A DNA stretch of 64,000 nt from a virus (taxonomy: Duplodnaviria > Caudoviricetes). The stretch spans positions 32,001 to 96,000 of IMG/VR virus record IMGVR_UViG_3300031867_000018; one strand, given 5' to 3'. Positions 50,117 to 59,591 of this stretch are shown here, piece after piece (positions within the stretch are counted from its first letter, which is position 1; each line of letters begins with the position of its first letter). Below the pieces are notes generated by a model. The model did not search any database, was not told where the DNA came from, and saw only the letters and a list, made by a program, of their open reading frames with translations. Both the position numbers and the translations under genes were made by a program.

Positions 50117-50770
50117 TTATACCTCCTCAAATAGTTCAGGTAACGCTCTCGGTCTATATTTTTGTTCTTTAATGGCTTTTATTTCGCTAATAATAATATC
50201 TATATCTAAACTGCCCTGAACTTTTTCAATAAACCGTAAAGCATTTTTAACCTGTCTTCTTTTTTCTCTGACAGTTTTTATTTGTTTTGCCAACTTGTAA
50301 CCCTCGCAGGCATTAAAATGGGAATCTTCTATTTTGTGAAGTAAATCACACTGTTGTCTATTATACAATTCTAATAAATCAGCATATCGAGCGTGATTGT
50401 TATAAACATACTCAATCTGCTCTTTTAACTTTTGTATATCATCTAGTTTCGTATCTATATTAAGAAATTCAAAGAAAACTAACCGATCTGTATTTTTTTC
50501 TTCAAGAATATTATTATCAGAAATATATTCTATAGAATTTTCTCGTATCGCTCTATAACACGATTTTACTTCCCACCCTGACGATAATTTCTTTAGTTTT
50601 TTAGGCATAGTAACCAATATCTTACTTGCTTCCGTTTGTGTTTTAAAGAAATTAGCCTCTTCAAATATCTCTGTTGTTTCAAGTTTCCCTGAATAGCTGA
50701 ATTTAATATATAAACCTTTGTAGGACGAAGTTATGTAGTAAGATATATCGTAATTTTTGTTAGCATCCAC
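50117..50770 (-). CDS. Hypothetical coiled-coil phage protein
   Basis: DLLHKIE..FNACEGYKLAK..R.RR.K motif common in Firmicutes phages. Confidence 0.55.
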   Translation of the reverse strand: MDANKNYDISYYITSSYKGLYIKFSYSGKLETTEIFEEANFFKTQTEASKILVTMPKKLKKLSSGWEVKSCYRAIRENSIEYISDNNILEEKNTDRLVFFEFLNIDTKLDDIQKLKEQIEYVYNNHARYADLLELYNRQQCDLLHKIEDSHFNACEGYKLAKQIKTVREKRRQVKNALRFIEKVQGSLDIDIIISEIKAIKEQKYRPRALPELFEEV

Positions 50771-50775
50771 TTATA

Positions 50776-51192
50776 TCACTTCTTTTCTCTCCTTTTAACG
50801 ATCACTATAGGTACTTGACCTTTATCCATTTTTTCTTTGATGACAAGATACGAGCAATATCCGTCAACGAGATAATTGTTGCCATCTATTTTTATAGGGT
50901 TGATTTCAAGCAATCCTTTGTTACATTTATGTTGAAGCTGTCTGTATAACTCTAATTTTTCGGGTTTAGGACTTGTACTTTTGAACCATTTACTAATTTT
51001 TATCTCCGATATGTCAATCATGTTGGTCGTTATTGTTTCAAACCTATTATCATTTATGACTGTGAGTATATCTGTGCGAAATCCGCCTCTTTCACCTAAC
51101 AATTTTATAAGTTCCACTTCACCAACCTTCCAAGATTCAGAGATAATTTTATATATCTTATTGTCCATTTTAACTTTATCGCCTATATTCAT
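50776..51192 (-). CDS. ParB-like domain protein
   Basis: PIKIDGNNYLVDGYCSYL. Confidence 0.5.
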   Translation of the reverse strand: MNIGDKVKMDNKIYKIISESWKVGEVELIKLLGERGGFRTDILTVINDNRFETITTNMIDISEIKISKWFKSTSPKPEKLELYRQLQHKCNKGLLEINPIKIDGNNYLVDGYCSYLVIKEKMDKGQVPIVIVKRREKK

Positions 51193-51217
51193 ATGTTCTC
51201 TCCTTTGATTATCCTGC

Positions 51218-52693
51218 TCACCGTATATTTTCTCTTATAGTTTTCATGTTCCCGTTATAGTAGTCTATATAGAAGCAATACAGCCGTTCAGCCATTTTTG
51301 TGTAATGTTCTTCATCGTCTACAAAATTATCTATAAGCTCAATGTATTGCTCATCCCACGTTTCACTCCATGCTTCAAGCCAATCGACAAACTGGCTTGT
51401 CCGTTTTTCTTTCTTTAACTGGTTATAAAATTTTAAGTATGCTGGTAGTTCTATATCCGATGCCCCTATTTCTGTAACATAGAATACAACTTCCTCATCA
51501 GATAACGGTACTTCTGTAGCATCGTCTATATAACTTTCTTCTGCATTGATATTCTCTTTGGCTTCATCAAAGTAAGACAACCCTAAATCTCCCGTTGAGA
51601 TAAAATTATCAAGAGCATTATCCATCATATCAATTCTTGCTTCAATATTTTTCTTTGATGATATATTCTTACTATCGTCCTCAACTAACGCCTTAAACTC
51701 TTTTGAATGGACACCTTTGGTAAACCATTCACACATAAACGATTTGTATTCTTCTTCTGTGATCACCTCATTTTCTAACATACTCAAATATTTATCTACA
51801 TTCATGATCAGCACAGGAAAATGTTTTTTATTTACATAATCTGTATATAATTCTTTTTCGGGAAGAACATTGTGTAACGCAGTACATATTACCTCTAACC
51901 CCTCAAATGTACTTTCATTCCACCTATTTGAATATTTCTTGACCAATTTTTCTAATTCGGCAGGTGTTAATTTTGAGTATGAAAAATCATCGTATTCTTG
52001 ACCAGTCAAAAGAACTAAAGCACGAAGAATGAGTTCTTCATAAGCACTTTTCTTCTCTTGGGATGGAGCAAAATAAATACTTCCCGATGTAAATAAAGGA
52101 TTGTTATTAATAAGCGATAATATCCTGTTCATCACAGGAATACTTGCAGCGATTTTTGATTTATCAATACTGCTCATTGCAACCCCATTATTCAGGTTGC
52201 TCATTATTCTTTCTATGTCTTCTTTTGTGTAATCGGAAATATTTTTACTATCGAATTTATACTCAAGAATAATATCTTGCACATCTTCTGGTAAGTCATT
52301 AAATGTTTTTCCTGCAAGTTGAACTTCGGACATAACAGGCTCTACTATTTCTCCGTCTTCACTTTTCTTGTACAATGGAACAAAAACAGACGGGATATCT
52401 TTATGCAATTTCATTTTTTTTGTCACAAACTTCACAACGGTAGAAACTCTTTGTTTTCCGTCTATTAACAATTGAGGAACAGTAAAGTTATTATCCGCAC
52501 AAGCTATAAACAACGGAGGAATTGGATCTCCCATTATGATCGATCTTATCAAATTAGATTCTTTGTGACTGTCCCACTGCCCTGCATATCTCTGAATTGA
52601 GAAATCCATTTCAAAACTTCCGGGAGAGCCTTTAGGTTTGCTCATTTTTTTAATCAATCTTTCAACAACTTCCACACTTGGTTTTATTACCAT
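51218..52693 (-). CDS. DUF262 (ParB/GmrS-like) domain protein
   Basis: IQR..QW, LIRSI..G.PIP, IDGKQR, LNNG. Confidence 0.75.
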   Translation of the reverse strand: MVIKPSVEVVERLIKKMSKPKGSPGSFEMDFSIQRYAGQWDSHKESNLIRSIIMGDPIPPLFIACADNNFTVPQLLIDGKQRVSTVVKFVTKKMKLHKDIPSVFVPLYKKSEDGEIVEPVMSEVQLAGKTFNDLPEDVQDIILEYKFDSKNISDYTKEDIERIMSNLNNGVAMSSIDKSKIAASIPVMNRILSLINNNPLFTSGSIYFAPSQEKKSAYEELILRALVLLTGQEYDDFSYSKLTPAELEKLVKKYSNRWNESTFEGLEVICTALHNVLPEKELYTDYVNKKHFPVLIMNVDKYLSMLENEVITEEEYKSFMCEWFTKGVHSKEFKALVEDDSKNISSKKNIEARIDMMDNALDNFISTGDLGLSYFDEAKENINAEESYIDDATEVPLSDEEVVFYVTEIGASDIELPAYLKFYNQLKKEKRTSQFVDWLEAWSETWDEQYIELIDNFVDDEEHYTKMAERLYCFYIDYYNGNMKTIRENIR

Positions 52694-53292
52694 TCTGACT
52701 TCCTCCTTGCCATAATTGCAGAGATTATATTACTATCTTCCGATATTGTTAAAATATCTCCTTTAACGATACATACGGGGATATTTATTTGTTTACTAAT
52801 TTCTTCGGAGTTATATCCTTTGATTAAATATTCTACAATTTTCTTTTTTCTTAAAGGTAAAAATTGAATTATATCTTTTATATATTTTACATAATCATCA
52901 TTTGTTATCTTAGACTCTACTTCTGGTGAATCTGACTGTATTAAATCAATTAGTTCTATTTCACTTTCGTCACTTATTGATTGATTAAGACTTTGAGCAT
53001 AAGTATTAATTTTACGCTTTTCTCTGTTTAAACTTGTAGCATAGGTTTTCATTTTATTATTAATAATTACGCTGCAAAACGTAAGCAGTTTTGCTCCTTT
53101 GTCGCAATCATATTTTGGTATATTTAAACTTATCTCTAATAAAGCCTGTCCTTCAAAATCATCATAAGTCACATTTAACGGAATAAAAAGTTTTTCAAAT
53201 TTCTTTTTCCATAAAACACGAATTTGATTTAGTATCTGATCGTAGTTTTCGGTTATTAAATCTTTACACTTTTGTTCCATCGTCATCTTCAC
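52687..53292 (-). CDS. Phage sigma-70-family sigma factor (SigH-like)
   Basis: DDF...ALL, YD..KGAK..TF, SLNQSI, GYNSEEISKQINI HTH. Confidence 0.75.
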   Translation of the reverse strand: MKMTMEQKCKDLITENYDQILNQIRVLWKKKFEKLFIPLNVTYDDFEGQALLEISLNIPKYDCDKGAKLLTFCSVIINNKMKTYATSLNREKRKINTYAQSLNQSISDESEIELIDLIQSDSPEVESKITNDDYVKYIKDIIQFLPLRKKKIVEYLIKGYNSEEISKQINIPVCIVKGDILTISEDSNIISAIMARRKSEW

Positions 53293-53397
53293 CTCTTTTA
53301 GCCGAAAACAATAATGCGGTTATGAATAAGCCAAACCAACTGCCTAATATGAAACAAATTATATTTGACATTATAATCCCCTCTTTCGTTTTTGATT

Positions 53398-53639
53398 TTC
53401 AAACCCTTTGAGGAACTCCTGAATACCGATTCGTTAGTACTCAGAAGCTCCATGCAGAAAGGAGATATAACACATGAAATTGGAGCATAGCTCCTCAAAG
53501 GGTTTGAATCTCTTTTGTTGTGCAAATTCTCACTCAAACCCACCGAGGAATCCCTCGACCACAAAGCCGAGAAACTCACATTAATGAAAGGAGAAATTAA
53601 TGAATAATAAATGGAGTATGAACTCCTCGTTAGGTTTGA
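53398..53639 (-). ncRNA. Two tandem ~110-nt structured RNAs with anti-RBS/anti-AUG loops
   Basis: Copies at 53398-53508 and 53534-53639 with shared closing stem and internal hairpins. Confidence 0.6.
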
Positions 53640-54299
53640 AACTGCTTTTTTTGATTATCACAGAAAGCATAAACTGTGTAGAGTGTTTCATATCAACGCT
53701 CTGTTTGTGCATTACGATTCCAGTTTCGGCATCGCTTTACTCAGTCCTGCAAGTACACAGTCGGTTTTGTCTTTATTATTTAGTGCCGATATTTTTGTCA
53801 AAATGTCCGCAAGTGATGGCACAGAATAATCGTTTTCTTTCACTTCAATAGTCATATAAATGCCTCCTTTATGTTTATAAGAGTTGTCCTTACCTACAGC
53901 ATTGGTGTACCTTACTGCATACGGTATTGACCTTGCTCAATCAAACAACTAAACTTATTTCCCGCTTTAATCGGCGGGATTTTTTATAATTTTATATTCC
54001 TGCATAATTATTTCACATAATTGCTCGATTTTCTCCTGAACTTCTTTTTTAATGTGAAAAGCAGAACCTATCGTAATCACAGCTGAAATTTTGCCAAGAT
54101 CGTCTTCATACGGAAAAGAAAACTTACTTGATTTTTCTTGATTTACAATATCCCACGGCATATATCCTTCAATATCTATTTTTACTGGATATTCTGAGCC
54201 GTTACGGAATGTTTTATTTATAAGGAATTTTTTGAGTCTATCATTTTATCTCTCTTTTTATATTGTATATTTTTTTGTTTTGTTGTATAATTAAGAAAA

Positions 54300-54533
54300 T
54301 CAAAAATACGGATCAACGTGATTTATAATCTCAACAATTTCATCGTCCGCAGATTGCGATCTAACAAGAGATTTGTTGTCTGGGTTATATTTAATTTCAA
54401 TCGAATCACGCATCTCTCTATAATGATTTTGCATTAAAGAAATCAATTCGTCTGTTTCTTTATAAGTAAATCCTAATCTGTGTAACATCTGAGAAATTTC
54501 AACTAACGCATACATAATTTTATTTTTAAGCAT
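54300..54533 (-). CDS. Hypothetical protein
   Basis: GAGGTGG RBS. Confidence 0.45.
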   Translation of the reverse strand: MLKNKIMYALVEISQMLHRLGFTYKETDELISLMQNHYREMRDSIEIKYNPDNKSLVRSQSADDEIVEIINHVDPYF

Positions 54534-54566
54534 TACAACCACCTCTTTTCGGAAAGGAATGATTTT

Positions 54567-54986
54567 ATGAAACTTACACCTGATTGTGTTAGAGATATAC
54601 TTTTATATCTTGAAAATAATTTAGTAATAGTGAATAGCAATGAATTTTCAGAAATTTCATTAAACCAAATACAAGAAGCTTTGTCTGAAAAATACACAGA
54701 AGAAGATGTGATGTATAATGTTTACCAACTACATCAAGCACACTTTATTAGCGGTAAAATATATAACCATGGTTCATATATTCTTTCTTTATGTATTATC
54801 AATGAAATAACCTTTGCTGGACATCAATTCTTAGAGACGATACGCCCTGAAACTATTTGGCAAAAGACCAAAACAAGTCTTGGGAAAACAGGGTCATACG
54901 CTTTTAATGTTCTTACGCAAGTTGCTCAAAATATTGCTATCGAAACGAGTAAAGAAATTGCTTTGAATGCTTTAGGAGTAAAATAA
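54567..54986 (+). CDS. DUF2513-like protein
   Basis: MKLTPDCVRDILLYLE...ITFAGHQFLETIR..W.KTK. Confidence 0.75.
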   Translation: MKLTPDCVRDILLYLENNLVIVNSNEFSEISLNQIQEALSEKYTEEDVMYNVYQLHQAHFISGKIYNHGSYILSLCIINEITFAGHQFLETIRPETIWQKTKTSLGKTGSYAFNVLTQVAQNIAIETSKEIALNALGVK

Positions 54987-55022
54987 TCTCTTTCCTATCT
55001 ATCATAGAGAATTGAATATTAC

Positions 55023-55256
55023 TCAATTACCAAACCCAAGTAATTCGTTAGGAGTAATCTGCAAGGCTTTGCATAATTTAATAATATCGCTGTCGCTGTT
55101 CATATCTAACCCTTTATCTAATTCCTTTAAATGAGCTTCCAGTTGATTTATTTTTTCTGTAAGCTCTTTTTGTTTGTGTTGCAGTTGATTTATTTTATAC
55201 TGAGTGTCCATTACTTCTTTGAGGTTATATATTTTGTTATTTTGTATAAGTATCAC
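55023..55256 (-). CDS. Small protein with C-terminal XRE-like tail, in the cro position
   Basis: IIKLCKALQITPNELLG; first gene of the leftward transcript. Confidence 0.45.
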   Translation of the reverse strand: MILIQNNKIYNLKEVMDTQYKINQLQHKQKELTEKINQLEAHLKELDKGLDMNSDSDIIKLCKALQITPNELLGFGN

Positions 55257-55321
55257 CTTCTTTGTTTAGTATCGTATGTATTTTTCAATTTTATATTTTG
55301 ATTTGTGCGATTTATGTATTT

Positions 55322-55438
55322 ATAATAGCACGTTATGAAATGTTTGTCAACATATTTTTTCAATTTGAAACATTTTTTTGATTTTTTCTAAATAATTACA
55401 TATTTACTATTGATTTTCGTTTCATTTTGTGCTATTCT
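55322..55438. promoter_or_regulatory. Divergent promoters of the lysis/lysogeny switch
   Basis: Minus: TTGACA(55350-55345)-17-TATTAT; plus: TTGATT(55410)-17-TATTCT with extended TG; palindrome TTTCAATTTGAAA between them. Confidence 0.7.
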
Positions 55439-55461
55439 ATAATAGAAGGAGGTGAGACATA

Positions 55462-56253
55462 ATGTTTCAGGACATTATAGAAAAATTAAGAAAAAAAAGA
55501 GAGCTAAAAAAAGTAGATGTAGCAAAAGCTATTGGCGTCGAAGATAGCACTTATAGAAATTATGCGGCAGGTAGACGAGAACCAAGCTATGAAATTCTAT
55601 GTAAACTTGCAGACTTCTACAATGTTACTACTGATTACCTTCTCGGTCGTGAACAACAGCCACCGCCAGACCCAATTGAACAGTTTGTTCAGGGAATGGG
55701 ACTAAGCGAAAACGAAGCAATACTTGTTAAGACTTTCTTTTCTATAAAGAAAGAAAAAAGAAGGGAATTTATCGAAGCATTTTGCATAGGTGCAAGCGAG
55801 GAATTAGAAAAGAAAAAACAGAAATTAGATGCTATCACCGAAGAACAAACTGCTGCAACAGAAGAAAATAGTGATAATATCGTAGAAATACCACTAATGG
55901 TATCACGAGTGTCCGCAGGAACGGGATGTATGCTCTCGGAAGACGAGATTGACGAGATGTTTGAAATTGACAGAAGTATCTACCCTAAAGCCGATTTTGC
56001 TACTAAAGTCCGGGGAGATAGTATGATTCCCCGATTTAATGACGGAGATGTCGTACTTGTACATAAACAAGAAACGATTGAAAGCGGACAAATTGGGGTA
56101 TTTATGCTGAATGGCGACGGATACATAAAGAAATTAGTCGCTGAGAACGGAAAAACAATATTGAGATCTCTTAATTCGGAATATAAAGACATAGAAGTGT
56201 CTGAAAATGATAATCTTATATGTAGGGGGCTTGTATTGTATAGGTTGGAATAA
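55462..56253 (+). CDS. CI-like repressor (XRE HTH + S24 peptidase)
   Basis: HTH ..REPSYEILCKLADFYNVTTDYLLG; VSAG cleavage site, VRGDSM, YIKKL. Confidence 0.92.
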   Translation: MFQDIIEKLRKKRELKKVDVAKAIGVEDSTYRNYAAGRREPSYEILCKLADFYNVTTDYLLGREQQPPPDPIEQFVQGMGLSENEAILVKTFFSIKKEKRREFIEAFCIGASEELEKKKQKLDAITEEQTAATEENSDNIVEIPLMVSRVSAGTGCMLSEDEIDEMFEIDRSIYPKADFATKVRGDSMIPRFNDGDVVLVHKQETIESGQIGVFMLNGDGYIKKLVAENGKTILRSLNSEYKDIEVSENDNLICRGLVLYRLE

Positions 56254-56259
56254 AATCAA

Positions 56260-56290
56260 AGCCGTCTCATGTCCGAGACGGCTTGTTTTT
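56260..56290. terminator. Intrinsic terminator after cI
   Basis: AGCCGTCTC-ATGTCC-GAGACGGCT followed by TGTTTTT. Confidence 0.65.
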
Positions 56291-56437
56291 CATCAATCTA
56301 ATATGATTTTAGTTCCTTTCAAAAAGCTTGTCAATATATTTTTTAGTTTTTCTGAACTTTTTTATTGTTATTTTATTATGGGTGTAATATAATAATTATA
56401 ACGAGGTGATTTATATGAATAATACATTTTCAAAAAG

Positions 56438-56479
56438 AGTGACATACTCCCACCTCTTAGGTGGTGGGAGTATGTCACT
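56438..56479. repeat. 17-bp perfect inverted repeat resembling IS200/IS605 end sequences
   Basis: AGTGACATACTCCCACC-8 nt-GGTGGGAGTATGTCACT. Confidence 0.7.
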
Positions 56480-56496
56480 TTGTTGATTATGTAAAT

Positions 56497-57189
56497 TTAT
56501 AAACTATTTTCTTTTGTAACTGCTGCGTTATGTATACACGAAACCAAATTGTAAACTTCATTTATGCAGTTATCAACATAGTTCTCGTTTATATCTTCCT
56601 GAATAGCTGTTTCGTGCTTTCTGTCTATTTGGTGGGCAATTTGGTTCCTTCTTTGAAATAAATTTACAACAAATTGCTTTCCTGTTTCGTAAGAAGAAAA
56701 CGCAGACGATAAAACATCTTTGAAAGAAATTCCCATTAAATTTACTTGATCTTTCATTTGTTCAAAACCTAAGTAAACTTCTTTACTGAATCTTTCATTT
56801 AAGTATTCTGTCAACCATTGTACTGATTCGGGTGCAGCAATACCTTTTTCGATATACTTCATCGAAACCATAAGATTTTGATATTTTAAAGATTTTTCCC
56901 AACGACCGACAAACATGCTACTTATTGCATATTTGCTTAGTTCATGAAGATAAAAGTCGAGTATGGATTCGATAAATACTATTTGCGAACGTAAAACATT
57001 CTTTCCTTCGGTTTCCTTTGATTGATTTATTAATTCTCTTGCTATAGGAGTTTGGTTTTTTATATACTCAAGACTTTCGTCAAAATGCTGTTTTATCTCA
57101 TCTAAGCTAAAATTAACTACTGTTTTAGTTGGTATAGGATCACGGGTATTCTCAGGACGCTGAGATAAAGAAAGACTAATATTGTCCAT
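56497..57189 (-). CDS. HEPN-domain protein (putative RNase)
   Basis: RRNQIAH (RxxxxH) motif; ES.LDFYLHE helix. Confidence 0.7.
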   Translation of the reverse strand: MDNISLSLSQRPENTRDPIPTKTVVNFSLDEIKQHFDESLEYIKNQTPIARELINQSKETEGKNVLRSQIVFIESILDFYLHELSKYAISSMFVGRWEKSLKYQNLMVSMKYIEKGIAAPESVQWLTEYLNERFSKEVYLGFEQMKDQVNLMGISFKDVLSSAFSSYETGKQFVVNLFQRRNQIAHQIDRKHETAIQEDINENYVDNCINEVYNLVSCIHNAAVTKENSL

Positions 57190-57190
57190 T

Positions 57191-58447
57191 CTATTCCTTC
57201 TTTCTCTCGGTGAATAATTTGGCAAGATTATTATTTAACATGGGTATTGCTCCGTATTTGCCGTTAATGTAGCCTCTGTGAATGTTATCGTCTTTCCGGA
57301 CATTTTTTATTTCCGCAAGAGAATATAAATCTGTTGACCTATCTTCCTCTTTTAATTCTGTAAACCATATTTGATCCCTTCTGAAAAGAGACAAATCAAG
57401 TATGCTTGTATTATGAGTTGTAAAAAACAATTGAGCCGGAAAAGTATCTTCTAAATCGGCAAAAGTCTTTATTATGTTATATATCAATGCTTCATGGAAA
57501 TTTATTTCAAGTTCATCGCAAAACAAGATTCTATGATTTTCTATAATGTCCATCAAAGGACAAGCAAACTCGAATATTTTTTTTACTCCATCAGATTCTT
57601 CGGACAATAAGTTTGTCTCAAATGTATCATATACTATATATGCATCTAATCGCTCCGAATATGAGTCAATGATACGGGTTTTAAGTTCTTCACTTAAAAT
57701 AGATAAAAAATTATCATTTTTCAAATCCTGTTTTTTTATTTCTATTCTTATGTCCTGTATGTTAACTCCCAAAGCGTTGGCAAAATTAATCACCTGTTTT
57801 TTTACAGCAGGATTCTTTTTGATTGATGTAAGAGATTTTTCCAGCCAATTTTCATTTGTTTTTTTTCCATAAAAAATCATATCGTCTTTAAAGAAGGAAA
57901 ATACATCTTTAACAACATCTACTTGACTAAAATTAGCAGCACATGATAAAAAAAGGCGATTTGGGGCAATAACATCTTTACAAGTATCAAACTTTCTCTT
58001 AAATTTGTCACCTGATGCATAAGAATTATTTTCTCTTTCAAATATTTTTACGGCTCTGCCGTTTGGAAAATAATATAAATACTCCCCGGAAACCTCATTT
58101 TTGCACAACGAAAAACTATATACATATCTTATATTATTTTTGATAAACTGCATATAATACTCGCTTTTTTCATTCTCTCCCAATAATTTATGTGGCAACT
58201 GGTGGATCATCGTACCGGGTTGATGACTGATACTGTTTAGAACTAATCTTTTTACATACATGATGGCATCTATGAAATTACTTTTCCCGGAACCATTAGC
58301 ACCATATATAACAGCACTTTTAAGTATTTTATATTTTCCAAAAGAAAACAATCGTTCTTGAAATGTATCATCTGTACCTGCGAGTGCAGAAAAAGTTACT
58401 TTATCTTTTATGGATTTATGATTAGAGCATGAAAATTCCAACAGCAT
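57191..58447 (-). CDS. AAA_21 / RloA-AbiLi-type ABC-like ATPase
   Basis: IYGANGSGKSN, ESDGVKK, CDELE, QLFFTTH, RRDQIWF, Y.NGKYGAIP. Confidence 0.88.
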   Translation of the reverse strand: MLLEFSCSNHKSIKDKVTFSALAGTDDTFQERLFSFGKYKILKSAVIYGANGSGKSNFIDAIMYVKRLVLNSISHQPGTMIHQLPHKLLGENEKSEYYMQFIKNNIRYVYSFSLCKNEVSGEYLYYFPNGRAVKIFERENNSYASGDKFKRKFDTCKDVIAPNRLFLSCAANFSQVDVVKDVFSFFKDDMIFYGKKTNENWLEKSLTSIKKNPAVKKQVINFANALGVNIQDIRIEIKKQDLKNDNFLSILSEELKTRIIDSYSERLDAYIVYDTFETNLLSEESDGVKKIFEFACPLMDIIENHRILFCDELEINFHEALIYNIIKTFADLEDTFPAQLFFTTHNTSILDLSLFRRDQIWFTELKEEDRSTDLYSLAEIKNVRKDDNIHRGYINGKYGAIPMLNNNLAKLFTERKKE

Positions 58448-58471
58448 AGTAAAACCTCCTCGATTGCACAT

Positions 58472-58500
58472 ATTATACCACCTTTCTTATGATTTGACAA
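58472..58500 (-). promoter_or_regulatory. sigmaA promoter for the ATPase-HEPN operon
   Basis: TTGTCA-17 bp-TATAAT with TG extension. Confidence 0.65.
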
Positions 58501-58595
58501 GTATTTTTGTTATTATTTCTCAAATTTCTTGATATATTCATTAACATGCAGACACAAACAATATATTCTTCATTTTATGATTTGCAATGAAACAA

Positions 58596-58625
58596 AATAC
58601 CGCCTCATAATTGAGGCGGTATTTT
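58596..58625. terminator. Bidirectional terminator
   Basis: AATACCGCCTCA-TAAT-TGAGGCGGTATT. Confidence 0.65.
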
Positions 58626-59023
58626 TATATCTGATATGATTTTAATTCCTTTTTTAATATATCTAAGAATTTTTTAACATCACCAAAATAATTTGGGTAC
58701 GCTTTCTTTAATTGCTGAAAAGAATCCGCAGAAACAAGCACTATATCTGTGTTTGCTATCTTCTGTTCTTCAAGTTGATTATATTTTGCGTTTGCTTTAT
58801 CTACCTGCGAAGCATTATAAGCAGTAACAGTTAATTGTTTTTCTTTAAGGTCAAGCATAAGCAAGAAATATTTCCCTTTTATACTCTTCTGATGTATCAC
58901 CGTATTTAATATACTTCTAATTTCTTCTATTAGCTGATTTTTTCTTAATAGTCTGAGTTCTATAATATCATAATCACTATGTATTTTTAAGTTTTCGGCT
59001 ATTGCTTTTTCATCGTGTGGCAA
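58625..59023 (-). CDS. Orphan C-terminal domain of RelA/SpoT-domain (small alarmone synthetase-like) proteins
   Basis: YFLLMLD...DIVLVSADS...LKKAYPNYF.D pattern; synthetase domain absent. Confidence 0.55.
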   Translation of the reverse strand: MPHDEKAIAENLKIHSDYDIIELRLLRKNQLIEEIRSILNTVIHQKSIKGKYFLLMLDLKEKQLTVTAYNASQVDKANAKYNQLEEQKIANTDIVLVSADSFQQLKKAYPNYFGDVKKFLDILKKELKSYQI

Positions 59024-59122
59024 TAATTTACAAAAAATCTATAATAGGATATATTCAATTCATTTATAAAATAATTTTATCTATACATTTTATTTACAAA
59101 ATAATTTTTATTTATTTTTAAA

Positions 59123-59569
59123 TTATAAATTATATTTGTCTTTTACTTCTTCTATTGTTAAACCTTTTTCAAGGTCTTTACATATTTTTCCCATTTGTTT
59201 ATAACTAAATTTAGGGTCGGCATAAAGTTTAACCTGTTCCATTGTTAAACCATCATCAAAACCATAACGGATTTCACGCATTTGGTCATCATCAAATTTA
59301 GGGTTTGCATAAAATTTAACTTGTTCCATTGTTAAATCATTCATAAAACCCCAACAGATTTCAAGCATTTGTTCATAATCAAAATCAGGATTAGCATAAA
59401 CTTTAACTTGTTCTATAGTTAAACCACTTTCAAAACCATAACGAATTATGTCCAGTTGCTTATCATCAAACTTACCGCTATTTTCACATTCCTGTATAAA
59501 GTTATCTTTATCATTAGCTATTCTTTTAAAACTTGCTTTTTTATTTAATCTTTTTAATATCCTATTCAT
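59123..59569 (-). CDS. Protein with ~29-aa tandem repeats
   Basis: Repeats of LT.EQVK.YA.P.F...QM.EI..GF. Confidence 0.65.
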   Translation of the reverse strand: MNRILKRLNKKASFKRIANDKDNFIQECENSGKFDDKQLDIIRYGFESGLTIEQVKVYANPDFDYEQMLEICWGFMNDLTMEQVKFYANPKFDDDQMREIRYGFDDGLTMEQVKLYADPKFSYKQMGKICKDLEKGLTIEEVKDKYNL

Positions 59570-59591
59570 ATAAACATCTCCTTTTCAAAAT

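Noticed and set aside
53298-53851. ORF-track proteins 53298-53579, 53600-53851 and 53611-53829
   Set aside because: They overlap the structured RNA units and a minus-strand gene start, and show no protein-like features; G-U pairing favours a minus-strand RNA. Not fully excluded.
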